This document shows, piece after piece, positions 8,721 to 16,519 of a stretch of DNA of 54,018 bases (the first letter of the stretch is position 1; each line of letters opens with the position of its first letter). The notes under the pieces are model-generated. The model ran no database searches and was not told the origin of the DNA. It saw nothing but the letters and a program-made list of their open reading frames with translations. Made by a program: the position numbers and the translations under genes. Location of the stretch: the NCBI GenBank assembly GCA_014379925.1, contig JACMKY010000006.1, forward strand, positions 1 through 54,018, read 5' to 3'. Source of the DNA: Cytophagales bacterium. Lineage in GTDB: Bacteria > Bacteroidota > Bacteroidia > Cytophagales > ES-bin-26.

Positions 8721-9605
8721 TTACTTCTTGCCCCGGACCGCTTTTTCGATCTCCGTCCACGCGGGGGCCGGCACCTGGTCGAGCATCGAAAACTCGCCGG
8801 CCCCGTACAACCATTCGCCCCCGTCAATGGTGACCACTTCCCCGTTCACGTAGGAGGAATAATCGGAGAGGAGGTAGGCGGCCAGGTTGGCCAGCTCCTG
8901 GTGTTCGCCCACCCGCTTGAGGGGAATGCGGTTCACGGGATTCATCTTCTCGGCCAGCTCCCGGGGAAGAACGTCCTCCGGAAACAAACGCTGCCAGGCT
9001 CCTTCCGTGGGAAAGGGACCGGGGGCGATGGCGTTGGAGCGAATGCCGTACTTGGCCCATTCCACCGCCAGTGAACGCGTCAGGGCCAGCACGCCGGCCT
9101 TGGCGCAGGCCGAAGGAACCACGTAGCCCGAACCCGTCCAGGCGTAGGTGGTCACAATGTTGAGGATGGTCGCTTTTTGTCCTTTTTCAATCCAGTCCTT
9201 GCCGAAAGCCAGCGTAAAGTTGTACGATCCCCGCAGCACGATGTCGACGATTACGTCGAAGGCCTTGGGCGTCAGTCGCTCGGTGGGACTGATGAAGTTG
9301 CCGGCGGCGTTGTTGAGCAGGGCATCCACCCGACCAAACGTTTCCAGGCTGGTCTTCAGCACGTTCTCCACTTCAGGGTAGTGGCGCGCGTCGCAGGCGA
9401 CGGGCAGCACCTTGCCCCCGGTTTCGGCTTCCAGTTCGCGGGCAGTCTGCTCCAGCACGGCCATCTTGCGGCTGGCGATAACCAGGTTGGCACCCAGTTG
9501 CAGGAAGTATTTACCCATCGAGCGGCCTAGTCCGGTTCCTCCCCCGGTGACCACCACGGTGCGGCCTTGTAAGGCATTCTCCTTGAGCATGGGTTCGTTG
9601 TACAT
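8721..9605 (-). CDS. SDR-family oxidoreductase, 2,4-dienoyl-CoA reductase-like
   Basis: 294 aa. Rossmann motif VVTGGGTGLG, NNAAGNF motif, and overall similarity to DECR-type short-chain dehydrogenases. Confidence 0.9.
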   Translation of the reverse strand: MYNEPMLKENALQGRTVVVTGGGTGLGRSMGKYFLQLGANLVIASRKMAVLEQTARELEAETGGKVLPVACDARHYPEVENVLKTSLETFGRVDALLNNAAGNFISPTERLTPKAFDVIVDIVLRGSYNFTLAFGKDWIEKGQKATILNIVTTYAWTGSGYVVPSACAKAGVLALTRSLAVEWAKYGIRSNAIAPGPFPTEGAWQRLFPEDVLPRELAEKMNPVNRIPLKRVGEHQELANLAAYLLSDYSSYVNGEVVTIDGGEWLYGAGEFSMLDQVPAPAWTEIEKAVRGKK

Positions 9606-9802
9606 CGGGAAGGCGATCAGCGGTGAATTGGTCGGCTAAAAGTAGAAGAAATTCCGGAAAAAGGAAAACCGGTCGGAATGGCGGCCAGAGCGCCGTGGTT
9701 GCGGCAAATGCTTGCGTCCTTGCCCGGGTACGCTCGCACAGAAAACAAAAAGCCGCCGCGGTTGCGCGGTGGCTTTTTGTTTTCTGCGGGGCGGGACGTC
9801 GA

Positions 9803-10444
9803 TTATTTGGCGGCCACTACCTTCAGGTCAACGTTGAAGTCGTCGTAGATCACCTTGTCGGCGGCCGTACCAATGAGACCCGAGCCGTACTTGATGTCCC
9901 ACTTGGTGCGGTCCAGGTCAAACTTGGCCATTGCGCTGGCCGAGCTACCGGAGACAGTCACCGCCGCCGGAAAGGAGATGGCGTTGGTGATGCCTTTGAT
10001 GGTCAGGTCGCCGTCGATGGTGTAGTTCGGCTGACCGGCGGCGGCTCCGGCGATCGGCACCACTTTCGTGATCTTGAACGTGGCAGTCGGGTTCTTCTCG
10101 ACGGAGAAGAAATCATCGGATTTCATGTGGCCAATGAATTTGGCGTTGGAACCCGCGTCGGTCAGGTCGGTATTGACGATGCTCTTCATGTCGATGTCGA
10201 AGGTACCGCCCATCAGTTTGTTGCCGTCCAGCTGCAGGTCTCCCTTGGATAGCTTCACGGTTCCGGTGTGCTGTCCGGTCACTTTCCGGCCCGTCCAGGT
10301 CATGGTGCTCTTGGCCGGATCCACTTTCAGTACGGCCGGTTTAGCGGCGGTTTTCTTGCCGGGTACCCCGTCGGCAGCAACGGGCTGGAGGTTCACCAGG
10401 CAGGCCAAAGCCAGGGCACTCAGGGCAATTCGGATGGTTTTCAT
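9803..10444 (-). CDS. YceI-family (polyisoprenoid-binding) periplasmic protein
   Basis: ORF track gives 9803..10504. I start at MKTIRIALSALALA (ATG at 10442-10444), which gives a signal peptide. YceI-like pattern: STMTWTGRKVTGQHTGTVKL...GHMKSDDFF. Confidence 0.85.
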   Translation of the reverse strand: MKTIRIALSALALACLVNLQPVAADGVPGKKTAAKPAVLKVDPAKSTMTWTGRKVTGQHTGTVKLSKGDLQLDGNKLMGGTFDIDMKSIVNTDLTDAGSNAKFIGHMKSDDFFSVEKNPTATFKITKVVPIAGAAAGQPNYTIDGDLTIKGITNAISFPAAVTVSGSSASAMAKFDLDRTKWDIKYGSGLIGTAADKVIYDDFNVDLKVVAAK

Positions 10445-10534
10445 ACGCAGGGTTTTGTTTTGGGTTAAAACGGTGAACGGGCAATTAAATTGAAATGTAA
10501 ACACAATTAAACGGGAAATGCAAAACGAGGCACG

Positions 10535-11647
10535 TCACGCCGAAACAGTTTCCGCCAGCGTGGGGTAGTCGATGTAGCCTTGCGCCCCGCCGCCGTAGAA
10601 AGTGTTGGAATCGGGGTTGTTGAGGGGCGCGTTCCGCCGGAAACGCTCCGGCAGGTCGGGGTTGGCCAGGAAGAGTTGCCCGAAAGACACCAGGTCGGCC
10701 GTGCCTTGGCGGATAACTTTTTCCGCTTTGGTTTGGTCGTACCCGGCGTTGGTCATCAGCGTTCCGGAATACAAGGGACGGAAATGGTCCGTCACTACGT
10801 GGATGAACCGGGCATTGTCGGGTTGCGGCGCAAACGGCTCCATCAGGTGGAGGTAAGCCAGGCCAAGTTGGTCGAGCTCCTTCACGGCGTAATCGAAGAT
10901 CAAGGCCGGGTTCGAGTCGCCCATGCTGCCCATGTGACCACTGGGCGAAAGCCGCACGCCTACCCGGTCAGCGCCCCACTCGCCAATGACGGCCCGGGTG
11001 ACTTCCAACAGGAAACGGGCGCGGTTTTCGACGCTGCCGCCGTACTCGTCCGTCCGGTGGTTGGACACGTCCTGCAAGAACTGATCAATCAGGTACCCGT
11101 TGGCCCCGTGTACTTCCACTCCGTCAAAACCGGCTTCCTTGGCGTAGGCCGCTCCCCGGCGGAAGTCTTCCACGATGCCCGGTATTTCGCGGGTCTCCAG
11201 GGCGCGCGGAACCGGCATGGGCTTCGGACCTTCGTAGGTGTAACTCTCCCCGTCGGCCTTGATGGCGGAAGGCGCCACCGGCAACTCGCCACCGTGGAAA
11301 GAAGCGTGGGAAATCCGGCCTACGTGCCACAATTGCAGGAAAATCAATCCGCCCGCCTGGTGAACGGCATCCGTCACTTTTCGCCACCCTGCCACTTGTT
11401 CCGGACCGTGGATGCCCGGCGTGTGGACGTAGCCGATTCCCTGCGGACTCACTTGCGTGGCTTCGGTGATGATGAGTCCGGCACCCGCCCGCTGCTGGTA
11501 GTACAAGGGAGCCAGGTCACCGGAAACGTTGCCTTCCTTGGCCCGGCTACGGGTCATCGGGGCCATGACCACCCGGTTTTTAAGGGTCAGCGGACCCATC
11601 CGGTAGGGAGCCAACAGGTCAGTGGTTTCTTGCGTTGAATTTGCCAT
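10535..11647 (-). CDS. Old Yellow Enzyme family NADH:flavin oxidoreductase (alkene / N-ethylmaleimide reductase-like)
   Basis: 370 aa. Motifs NRVVMAPMTR, QLWHVGR, HGANGYLIDQFL and a FGQLFLANPDLP tail are typical of OYE/NemA enzymes. Confidence 0.93.
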   Translation of the reverse strand: MANSTQETTDLLAPYRMGPLTLKNRVVMAPMTRSRAKEGNVSGDLAPLYYQQRAGAGLIITEATQVSPQGIGYVHTPGIHGPEQVAGWRKVTDAVHQAGGLIFLQLWHVGRISHASFHGGELPVAPSAIKADGESYTYEGPKPMPVPRALETREIPGIVEDFRRGAAYAKEAGFDGVEVHGANGYLIDQFLQDVSNHRTDEYGGSVENRARFLLEVTRAVIGEWGADRVGVRLSPSGHMGSMGDSNPALIFDYAVKELDQLGLAYLHLMEPFAPQPDNARFIHVVTDHFRPLYSGTLMTNAGYDQTKAEKVIRQGTADLVSFGQLFLANPDLPERFRRNAPLNNPDSNTFYGGGAQGYIDYPTLAETVSA

Positions 11648-11648
11648 T

Positions 11649-11680
11649 GTTGTCGTTGTTTAGAGTTGTCGTTGTTTAGA
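11649..11680. repeat. perfect 16-bp tandem duplication (GTTGTCGTTGTTTAGA x2) in the 5' leader of the OYE gene
   Basis: 11649-11664 and 11665-11680 are identical. On the coding strand this reads TCTAAACAACGACAAC twice, ending 1 nt before the ATG. Confidence 0.95.
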
Positions 11681-11720
11681 AATGAATAATGGGATAATCG
11701 GGAATGCTTGCTTAAACAAT

Positions 11721-11771
11721 CAAACTTAAATAATATTATGTAATTACATTAAATGTTGCTACATTAAATTT
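11721..11771 (-). promoter_or_regulatory. candidate OYE promoter (-7 box TAAGTTTG) with upstream palindromic operator candidates
   Basis: Minus-strand TAAGTTTG (11721-11728) fits the Bacteroidetes -7 consensus TAnnTTTG. TACATTAAAT occurs twice (11745-11754, 11760-11769). ACATTAAATGT (11746-11756) and ATGTAATTACAT (11738-11749) are palindromic. No clear -33 TTG. Confidence 0.4.
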
Positions 11772-11807
11772 TTGTTAAGAAAACCGGACGTGGTTCACCT
11801 CATTCGG

Positions 11808-12257
11808 TCATCCGCGCAGTTTATCCAGCAAAGTACTTAACGAATCAGCTTCTTCATCCGTCAGGTTTTCGAACGTCTTTTCCCAATCCGCGTGCAAAAC
11901 ATCCAGCTTCGCCAACAGGTTCAATCCTTCGGGTGTGATGCAAACGTCGACGGCCCGGCGGTCGTTGGGGCAAACGTGGCGCTGCACCAGTTTCTTCACC
12001 AGCAACTTGTCCACCAGGCGGGAAGCATTTGACATCTTGTCCAGCATTCGCTCCGTGATGAGGTTAACGGTCGCCGGTTTGGGATGCTGTCCCCGCAGGA
12101 TACGCAGCACGTTGTACTGCTCGCGGGTAATGCAGAACGGCTTTAACAAGCGCGTGTGCTGGGCTACCAACCAATTGTGGGTAAACATCAGGTTTACGAA
12201 CACCTTCTGATAAGGATTCGTGAAACTTGTCTGTTGAATATCCTCCTCAATGGCCAT
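11808..12257 (-). CDS. MarR-family transcriptional regulator
   Basis: 149 aa. Winged-helix region ITREQYNVLRILRG...NASRLVDKLLVKKLVQRHVCPNDRRAV is typical of MarR/SlyA proteins. Confidence 0.9.
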   Translation of the reverse strand: MAIEEDIQQTSFTNPYQKVFVNLMFTHNWLVAQHTRLLKPFCITREQYNVLRILRGQHPKPATVNLITERMLDKMSNASRLVDKLLVKKLVQRHVCPNDRRAVDVCITPEGLNLLAKLDVLHADWEKTFENLTDEEADSLSTLLDKLRG

Positions 12258-12282
12258 GGCACCCCCGAATCAAACACCGCTG

Positions 12283-12312
12283 CAAATATATGTATATACA
12301 TTTAATGTACAA
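12283..12312 (-). promoter_or_regulatory. candidate marR promoter (TTG-N19-TATATTTG) with operator palindrome in the spacer
   Basis: On the minus strand: TTG (12312-12310), a 19-nt spacer, then TATATTTG (12290-12283), 26 nt before the ATG. The spacer contains TACATTAAATGTA (12297-12309), the same core seen upstream of the OYE gene. Confidence 0.5.
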
Positions 12313-12458
12313 ACATTTTAACGTATTTTTTTTGCGGAAGTGTTTCAAGCCTTGCTGCCTGGATGAGTGAAGTGGGGGCACCCGGCACCATCCACCTTCA
12401 AGCCGCTTGCTGCCCTCAACTTACGTCGTTGCAAGGCAACGACGCTACGGATGGCTGT

Positions 12459-14417
12459 TTACCGGAACGGGATGATTTCCGGGGCGCCCACGGCCAGGTC
12501 GGTCAGGCGCAGGCTGGGAACGCCGGAAAACTGGGTGCGAAACGGCGCGCGGTTGTTGGGTACGTTGGGGTAATAGCCGAGCCGGAATTGAAAAGTGTTG
12601 AAGGCCAGGTTTTCGTTCCGCACCCGGATGCCCAAGCCGTAACCCTGGTAGAGCGTCGAGTTCCACAGCGGGTTGCCCTGGCGCGTGACCCAGCCCAGGT
12701 CGGCGTAAGCGAAGAAAGCCAGCCGGAAACCCAACAGGTTGCCAGGGGCGAAAAGGACCGTTTCCAGGTTCAACACCAGGCTTTTGGTTCCCCGCAGGGC
12801 GTCGTTGCTGATGCCCCGGAGGCCGTTGTTGTTGTTGATGTCGATGCCTTCGTTAAAGAAGCGATGAAATCCGTGCATATAGGTCACGTTGACGAATTGC
12901 CGGACCTGGAAGGGCTTCACGTTCATCAGGGGGCTGAAGTAGCGGGTGCGGAACCGGACGACTCCCTGCTCCCCGTTCCCGTTCCGGAGGTACGTTCCCA
13001 GGTCGGCACTGCCGTAGAAGTAGCCCATCCCGAGCAAATACTGCGCGTAGGCCAGCGAAACGCCGCCGTAGGCCCGGTTGCCCAGGAACTCGGTTTTTTC
13101 CAGTCCGCCCGTGAGGGTGACCAGGCTTCCGTAGGGCACGTCCTCCGTTCGGCCGAATCCGTAGATGTACACGTCGCGGAAGTAGTTGCGGCGCGAGAGT
13201 CCCACGGTCAGCAGGCCCGTGGTCCGGTCCTGGTACTGGTTGGAATCGGGTTTCACTTCGGGGCTTTGGGTGAATGCGTACCGGATCACGCGACCCGAAA
13301 GCACCAGGCGCGCGCTCTTCTGGAAATTCTCGCTGCCGGAGTAGAAGCGAAACGCCCGGCCGATCCAGAGATCGCCCAGTTTATAATCCAGGGGAATCAG
13401 TCTGGATGACTCGAGGCTATCGACCGGTTGAAGGACGGGAATCAACAGCTTGTTTCGACTCACCTCCATTCCCCCCGCGTACTTGATGGAGGGAGCCAGG
13501 AACGGCTTGCGCAGGCGAAGGGCGTAGCTGTCATTGTCCCACTCGTTGACGTACTCGGCTTCGGCGCTGATAAAGGTCCGGCCCAGGTAGGGAATCGTGT
13601 ACCGGCTCCGGTGTCCCCAGCGCTGGCTGCGGTTGCGGTCGAACCGGAACCCGGTACGGAAGTCGTGGCCCAGGCCGAACAGGTTTTTGTCTTCCAGGCG
13701 CAGGTCACCGGAATTGAAGCTGCCCACGCTACCGTCGGCGGAGATGGACCAGACATCCTGCGTCACTACCAGCAGGTCGACGGTGTCCGGGTCGTCGCGG
13801 CGCGGCTGCACCAGGATGCGGGCGTCGAGCAGGTTGGGCGATACTGTGCGCAGGATTCGTTCGTTGTTGCTGATCACCTGGTAGTCGAATCGGTTGCCTT
13901 CCTCGAAAAGCAGGTAGTTGTTCCGGATGACGTGTCGGCGGGTGTTGAAGTGGAGGCGGTTGCCCGCGCGTTCGAACCAATTTTGCGGAAGGCGCAACGT
14001 ATCGTTGACCTTCGGACCGAACACTGAAATTCGCTGGATCGAGATTTTCCCGATGGCCTTGCCGTCGTATTGTTGGTTGGGAGCGGTGGTCTTCACCACG
14101 ACGGCCGGTTGCGCCCTGGCCGGTGGCTCGGGGATATTCGATGGGGGAGGCAACTCCCGGAAAAGCAAATCGTAGACGCCCCTCAGGAATTTGGTCTTCG
14201 AAAAAAAACGCTTCAGGTTCTGGTAGAACTGACGATCCTTGGGATGGAGCGCCTTCTGATCCCCTTTCAGGATGTCGTTTTGGGTAGCAATGTCCTTGGC
14301 CCGCATCCCGTTCGTCCGCGTCGTGTCAGTTTGCTGCGCCCACGCGGCGGGAGAGGTCAGGGAAAGCAACCCGATCAACCCTCCCACCAACCAACCGAGT
14401 AATTTTCCCTTTCCCAA
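12459..14417 (-). CDS. outer-membrane beta-barrel protein, Omp85/BamA-superfamily-like
   Basis: 652 aa. Signal peptide ending AWAQQ. The C-terminal ~350 aa are rich in alternating aromatic/Gly beta-strand patterns (YGGVSLAYAQY, GYGLGIRVRNENLAFNTFQFRLGYY). The family call is from the overall pattern only. Confidence 0.65.
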   Translation of the reverse strand: MGKGKLLGWLVGGLIGLLSLTSPAAWAQQTDTTRTNGMRAKDIATQNDILKGDQKALHPKDRQFYQNLKRFFSKTKFLRGVYDLLFRELPPPSNIPEPPARAQPAVVVKTTAPNQQYDGKAIGKISIQRISVFGPKVNDTLRLPQNWFERAGNRLHFNTRRHVIRNNYLLFEEGNRFDYQVISNNERILRTVSPNLLDARILVQPRRDDPDTVDLLVVTQDVWSISADGSVGSFNSGDLRLEDKNLFGLGHDFRTGFRFDRNRSQRWGHRSRYTIPYLGRTFISAEAEYVNEWDNDSYALRLRKPFLAPSIKYAGGMEVSRNKLLIPVLQPVDSLESSRLIPLDYKLGDLWIGRAFRFYSGSENFQKSARLVLSGRVIRYAFTQSPEVKPDSNQYQDRTTGLLTVGLSRRNYFRDVYIYGFGRTEDVPYGSLVTLTGGLEKTEFLGNRAYGGVSLAYAQYLLGMGYFYGSADLGTYLRNGNGEQGVVRFRTRYFSPLMNVKPFQVRQFVNVTYMHGFHRFFNEGIDINNNNGLRGISNDALRGTKSLVLNLETVLFAPGNLLGFRLAFFAYADLGWVTRQGNPLWNSTLYQGYGLGIRVRNENLAFNTFQFRLGYYPNVPNNRAPFRTQFSGVPSLRLTDLAVGAPEIIPFR

Positions 14418-14759
14418 CCGCAGCGTTTATGACAAATGAATGAAAACCGAGAACGGCACCGCGCACCTTTGCACCCCAAGCTGGCTGATCGTCAGCCGAT
14501 AATATACGCAAAAAATGGTTTTTTAACCGTCCGAACCGGGAGAATCATCGAACCATTCCCGCGTCGCCGCCAACTGGCTAGTGGATAGTCCGCCGTCAGT
14601 AATGGATAGCCCACCGCAAAAACGAGTTAACTATCAGTGCTTTGTTAGCGAACGCACCCGTCAAGTAGGGCCGGTTTAACCATCAGTCCGGATTCAGTAC
14701 AAATTTGGTTCCCTTTTTAATGGCTCACCCCGATGGTCGATAGTCCATTGGCCATCCAT

Positions 14760-15284
14760 TCAAATCCACTTTCGCATCAGGAGGTCGGTTTGGTCCTCAT
14801 CGCCGAATGGAAACAGGTAGGCGCTGAACACCTCGAAGCCCCACTGCCGGTAGAACGCGATGGCCCGGGGATTGTGCTCCCACACGCCCAGCCAAACCAC
14901 TCCGTAGCCCTCACTCCGGGCGGTATCCAGGCAACTTTGCATCAAGCGTTTGCCAATTCCCTGACCCTTCGCGCTTGCCAATACGTAGATCCGCTGGATT
15001 TCGACGGCGTGGTACCCTTCCAATTCCGCCGGCTGCTTGCCTTGCCGCAATTTGGCGTAGCCGACGGGTTCGGGTCCGGCCAGGGCCAGGAAAAAACGGG
15101 CGCGGGGATCGCGCACTTCCTCCCCCAGTTGCGCCTCACTGAAGGCCCTGCTCACGTAAGCGTCCATGTTTTCCGGCTTATTCTGCGAACCGAATGCTTC
15201 CGTGAATGTCTGCCGGCTCAGTTGAATCAGCGTTGACAGGTTGGCGGGAGTGACGGGTCGGACGGAGAAGTTGATGGGAGTCAT
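14760..15284 (-). CDS. GNAT-family N-acetyltransferase
   Basis: ORF track gives 14760..15314. I start at MTPINFSVRP (ATG at 15282-15284). Acetyl-CoA motif A: IYVLASAKGQGIGKRLM. Confidence 0.88.
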   Translation of the reverse strand: MTPINFSVRPVTPANLSTLIQLSRQTFTEAFGSQNKPENMDAYVSRAFSEAQLGEEVRDPRARFFLALAGPEPVGYAKLRQGKQPAELEGYHAVEIQRIYVLASAKGQGIGKRLMQSCLDTARSEGYGVVWLGVWEHNPRAIAFYRQWGFEVFSAYLFPFGDEDQTDLLMRKWI

Positions 15285-15515
15285 GCTGGTCGGTCCCGCC
15301 ACCCACGCCGGCAAGCGGGGGAGATGGGTTACGTATGCCGCTTCCTGTCCGCCAAATGAACGGGCCTTTCGTTTGGCAGGCTTGTCCGAAAGGGCAGGCG
15401 GGGCGACCCCAAAGGTAAGTCTCTTTTTTGATCCGTCGCCCGGCTCTGACTGGGTTCACCCAACCTTTCGGACACGGGTGCGTAGGTGCGACAACCAACT
15501 AAATCCCGGAAAGCG

Positions 15516-16064
15516 ATGGCCAAGAGAACCCCCGCAAAGAAATACACCCGGCCCGAACTGCGCGACAAGATCAAGGAAGAACTGATGCAGTCGGACAAGG
15601 GAGGCAAAACCGGCCAATGGTCGGCCCGCAAGAGCCAGCTGCTGGTGCAGGAATACGAGCGCCAGGGTGGCGGTTACGCGGGAAAAAAGGACGAAGCGGC
15701 CCACTCGCTGGAGGAATGGACGAAACAGGAATGGCAAACCCAGCAGGGCGGCGCCAACGCCCGCGGGAGAAAGACCACCAAGCGGTACTTTCCCAAGCAA
15801 GCCTGGGAGATGCTCACCGAAGAGGAAAAACGCGAGGCGGAACAAACCAAGCAGAAAGGGTCGGGTCAGGGTGAACAATTCGTGGAATATACCCCAGCCA
15901 TGAAAAAGGCGTTGAAGCGCGTCCAGGAAGCAGGCCGTCAACCGGATGGGGACGGCGAAACCCGGCAGGCGCTCTACCAAAGCGCCCAGCAACTGGGCAT
16001 CGCCGGGCGCAGCCGGATGACCAAGGAAGAATTGCGCAAAGCGGTGGAAAAGGCGAAGCAGTAG
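15516..16064 (+). CDS. Lys/Glu-rich conserved hypothetical protein (DUF5872-like N-terminus, Rho_N/SAP-like C-terminal helix-hairpin)
   Basis: Starts at the ATG at 15516 (MAKRTPAKKYTRPEL...). Contains GGKTGQWSARKSQLLVQEYERQGGGY. The C-terminal LGIAGRSRMTKEELRKAVEKA resembles a Rho N-terminal-type motif. Confidence 0.7.
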   Translation: MAKRTPAKKYTRPELRDKIKEELMQSDKGGKTGQWSARKSQLLVQEYERQGGGYAGKKDEAAHSLEEWTKQEWQTQQGGANARGRKTTKRYFPKQAWEMLTEEEKREAEQTKQKGSGQGEQFVEYTPAMKKALKRVQEAGRQPDGDGETRQALYQSAQQLGIAGRSRMTKEELRKAVEKAKQ

Positions 16065-16369
16065 CAGTCAGCCATTGGCTGTCAGCGATCAGCTTATTGG
16101 ACAAGGGGCTGAAGATTAACAATGGTTCTGGGAAGGTTTCAGTGGAAAACCATTGACGGTCCCAATGATTCGACAACTTCTCCACTGGCTCCGACTTCCT
16201 TTTTTCCAGCCCGTTGCACATCGGCAACGCCTGCTTATTTCTCCCATTCACCTACCAAGCTTCCATCCGTCACCCCGTTGCCTGAATGCATCGAAACCGG
16301 ACAAGTACCGTCCGATTTCGTACACCGCGTTGGGACCTGACCGGCCCGTATACCGCCTGGGAGCCTTTT

Positions 16370-16507
16370 GCTGAGATCGGCAAAGCGTTTGCGCGACGGT
16401 ACGGCATACCTTTTTTCCGCGCTGCCAGTATGCTTCAACCGACGGTGGGTTTCCGGAGCGTGGAGGAAGCGCGGATGAATCCGGTGAAGTCATCGCGAAC
16501 CCAATAA
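16370..16507 (+). pseudogene. 3'-terminal remnant of a second FtsX-type permease gene
   Basis: Encodes ...TVGFRSVEEARMNPVKSSRTQ*, compared with ...TVSFQSVKAARMNPVKSLRTE* at the end of the intact paralog. DNA at 16456-16507 is clearly homologous to 18859-18910. Nothing permease-like lies upstream. Confidence 0.6.
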
Positions 16508-16519
16508 ACCAATCCAGTC

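Noticed and set aside
8535-9074. 179-aa plus-strand ORF starting in the kinase/SDR intergenic region.
   Set aside because: Its N-terminus (NVERRTRNVECRS...) is simply the translated GAATGTCGAA repeat array, and the rest is antisense to the SDR gene.
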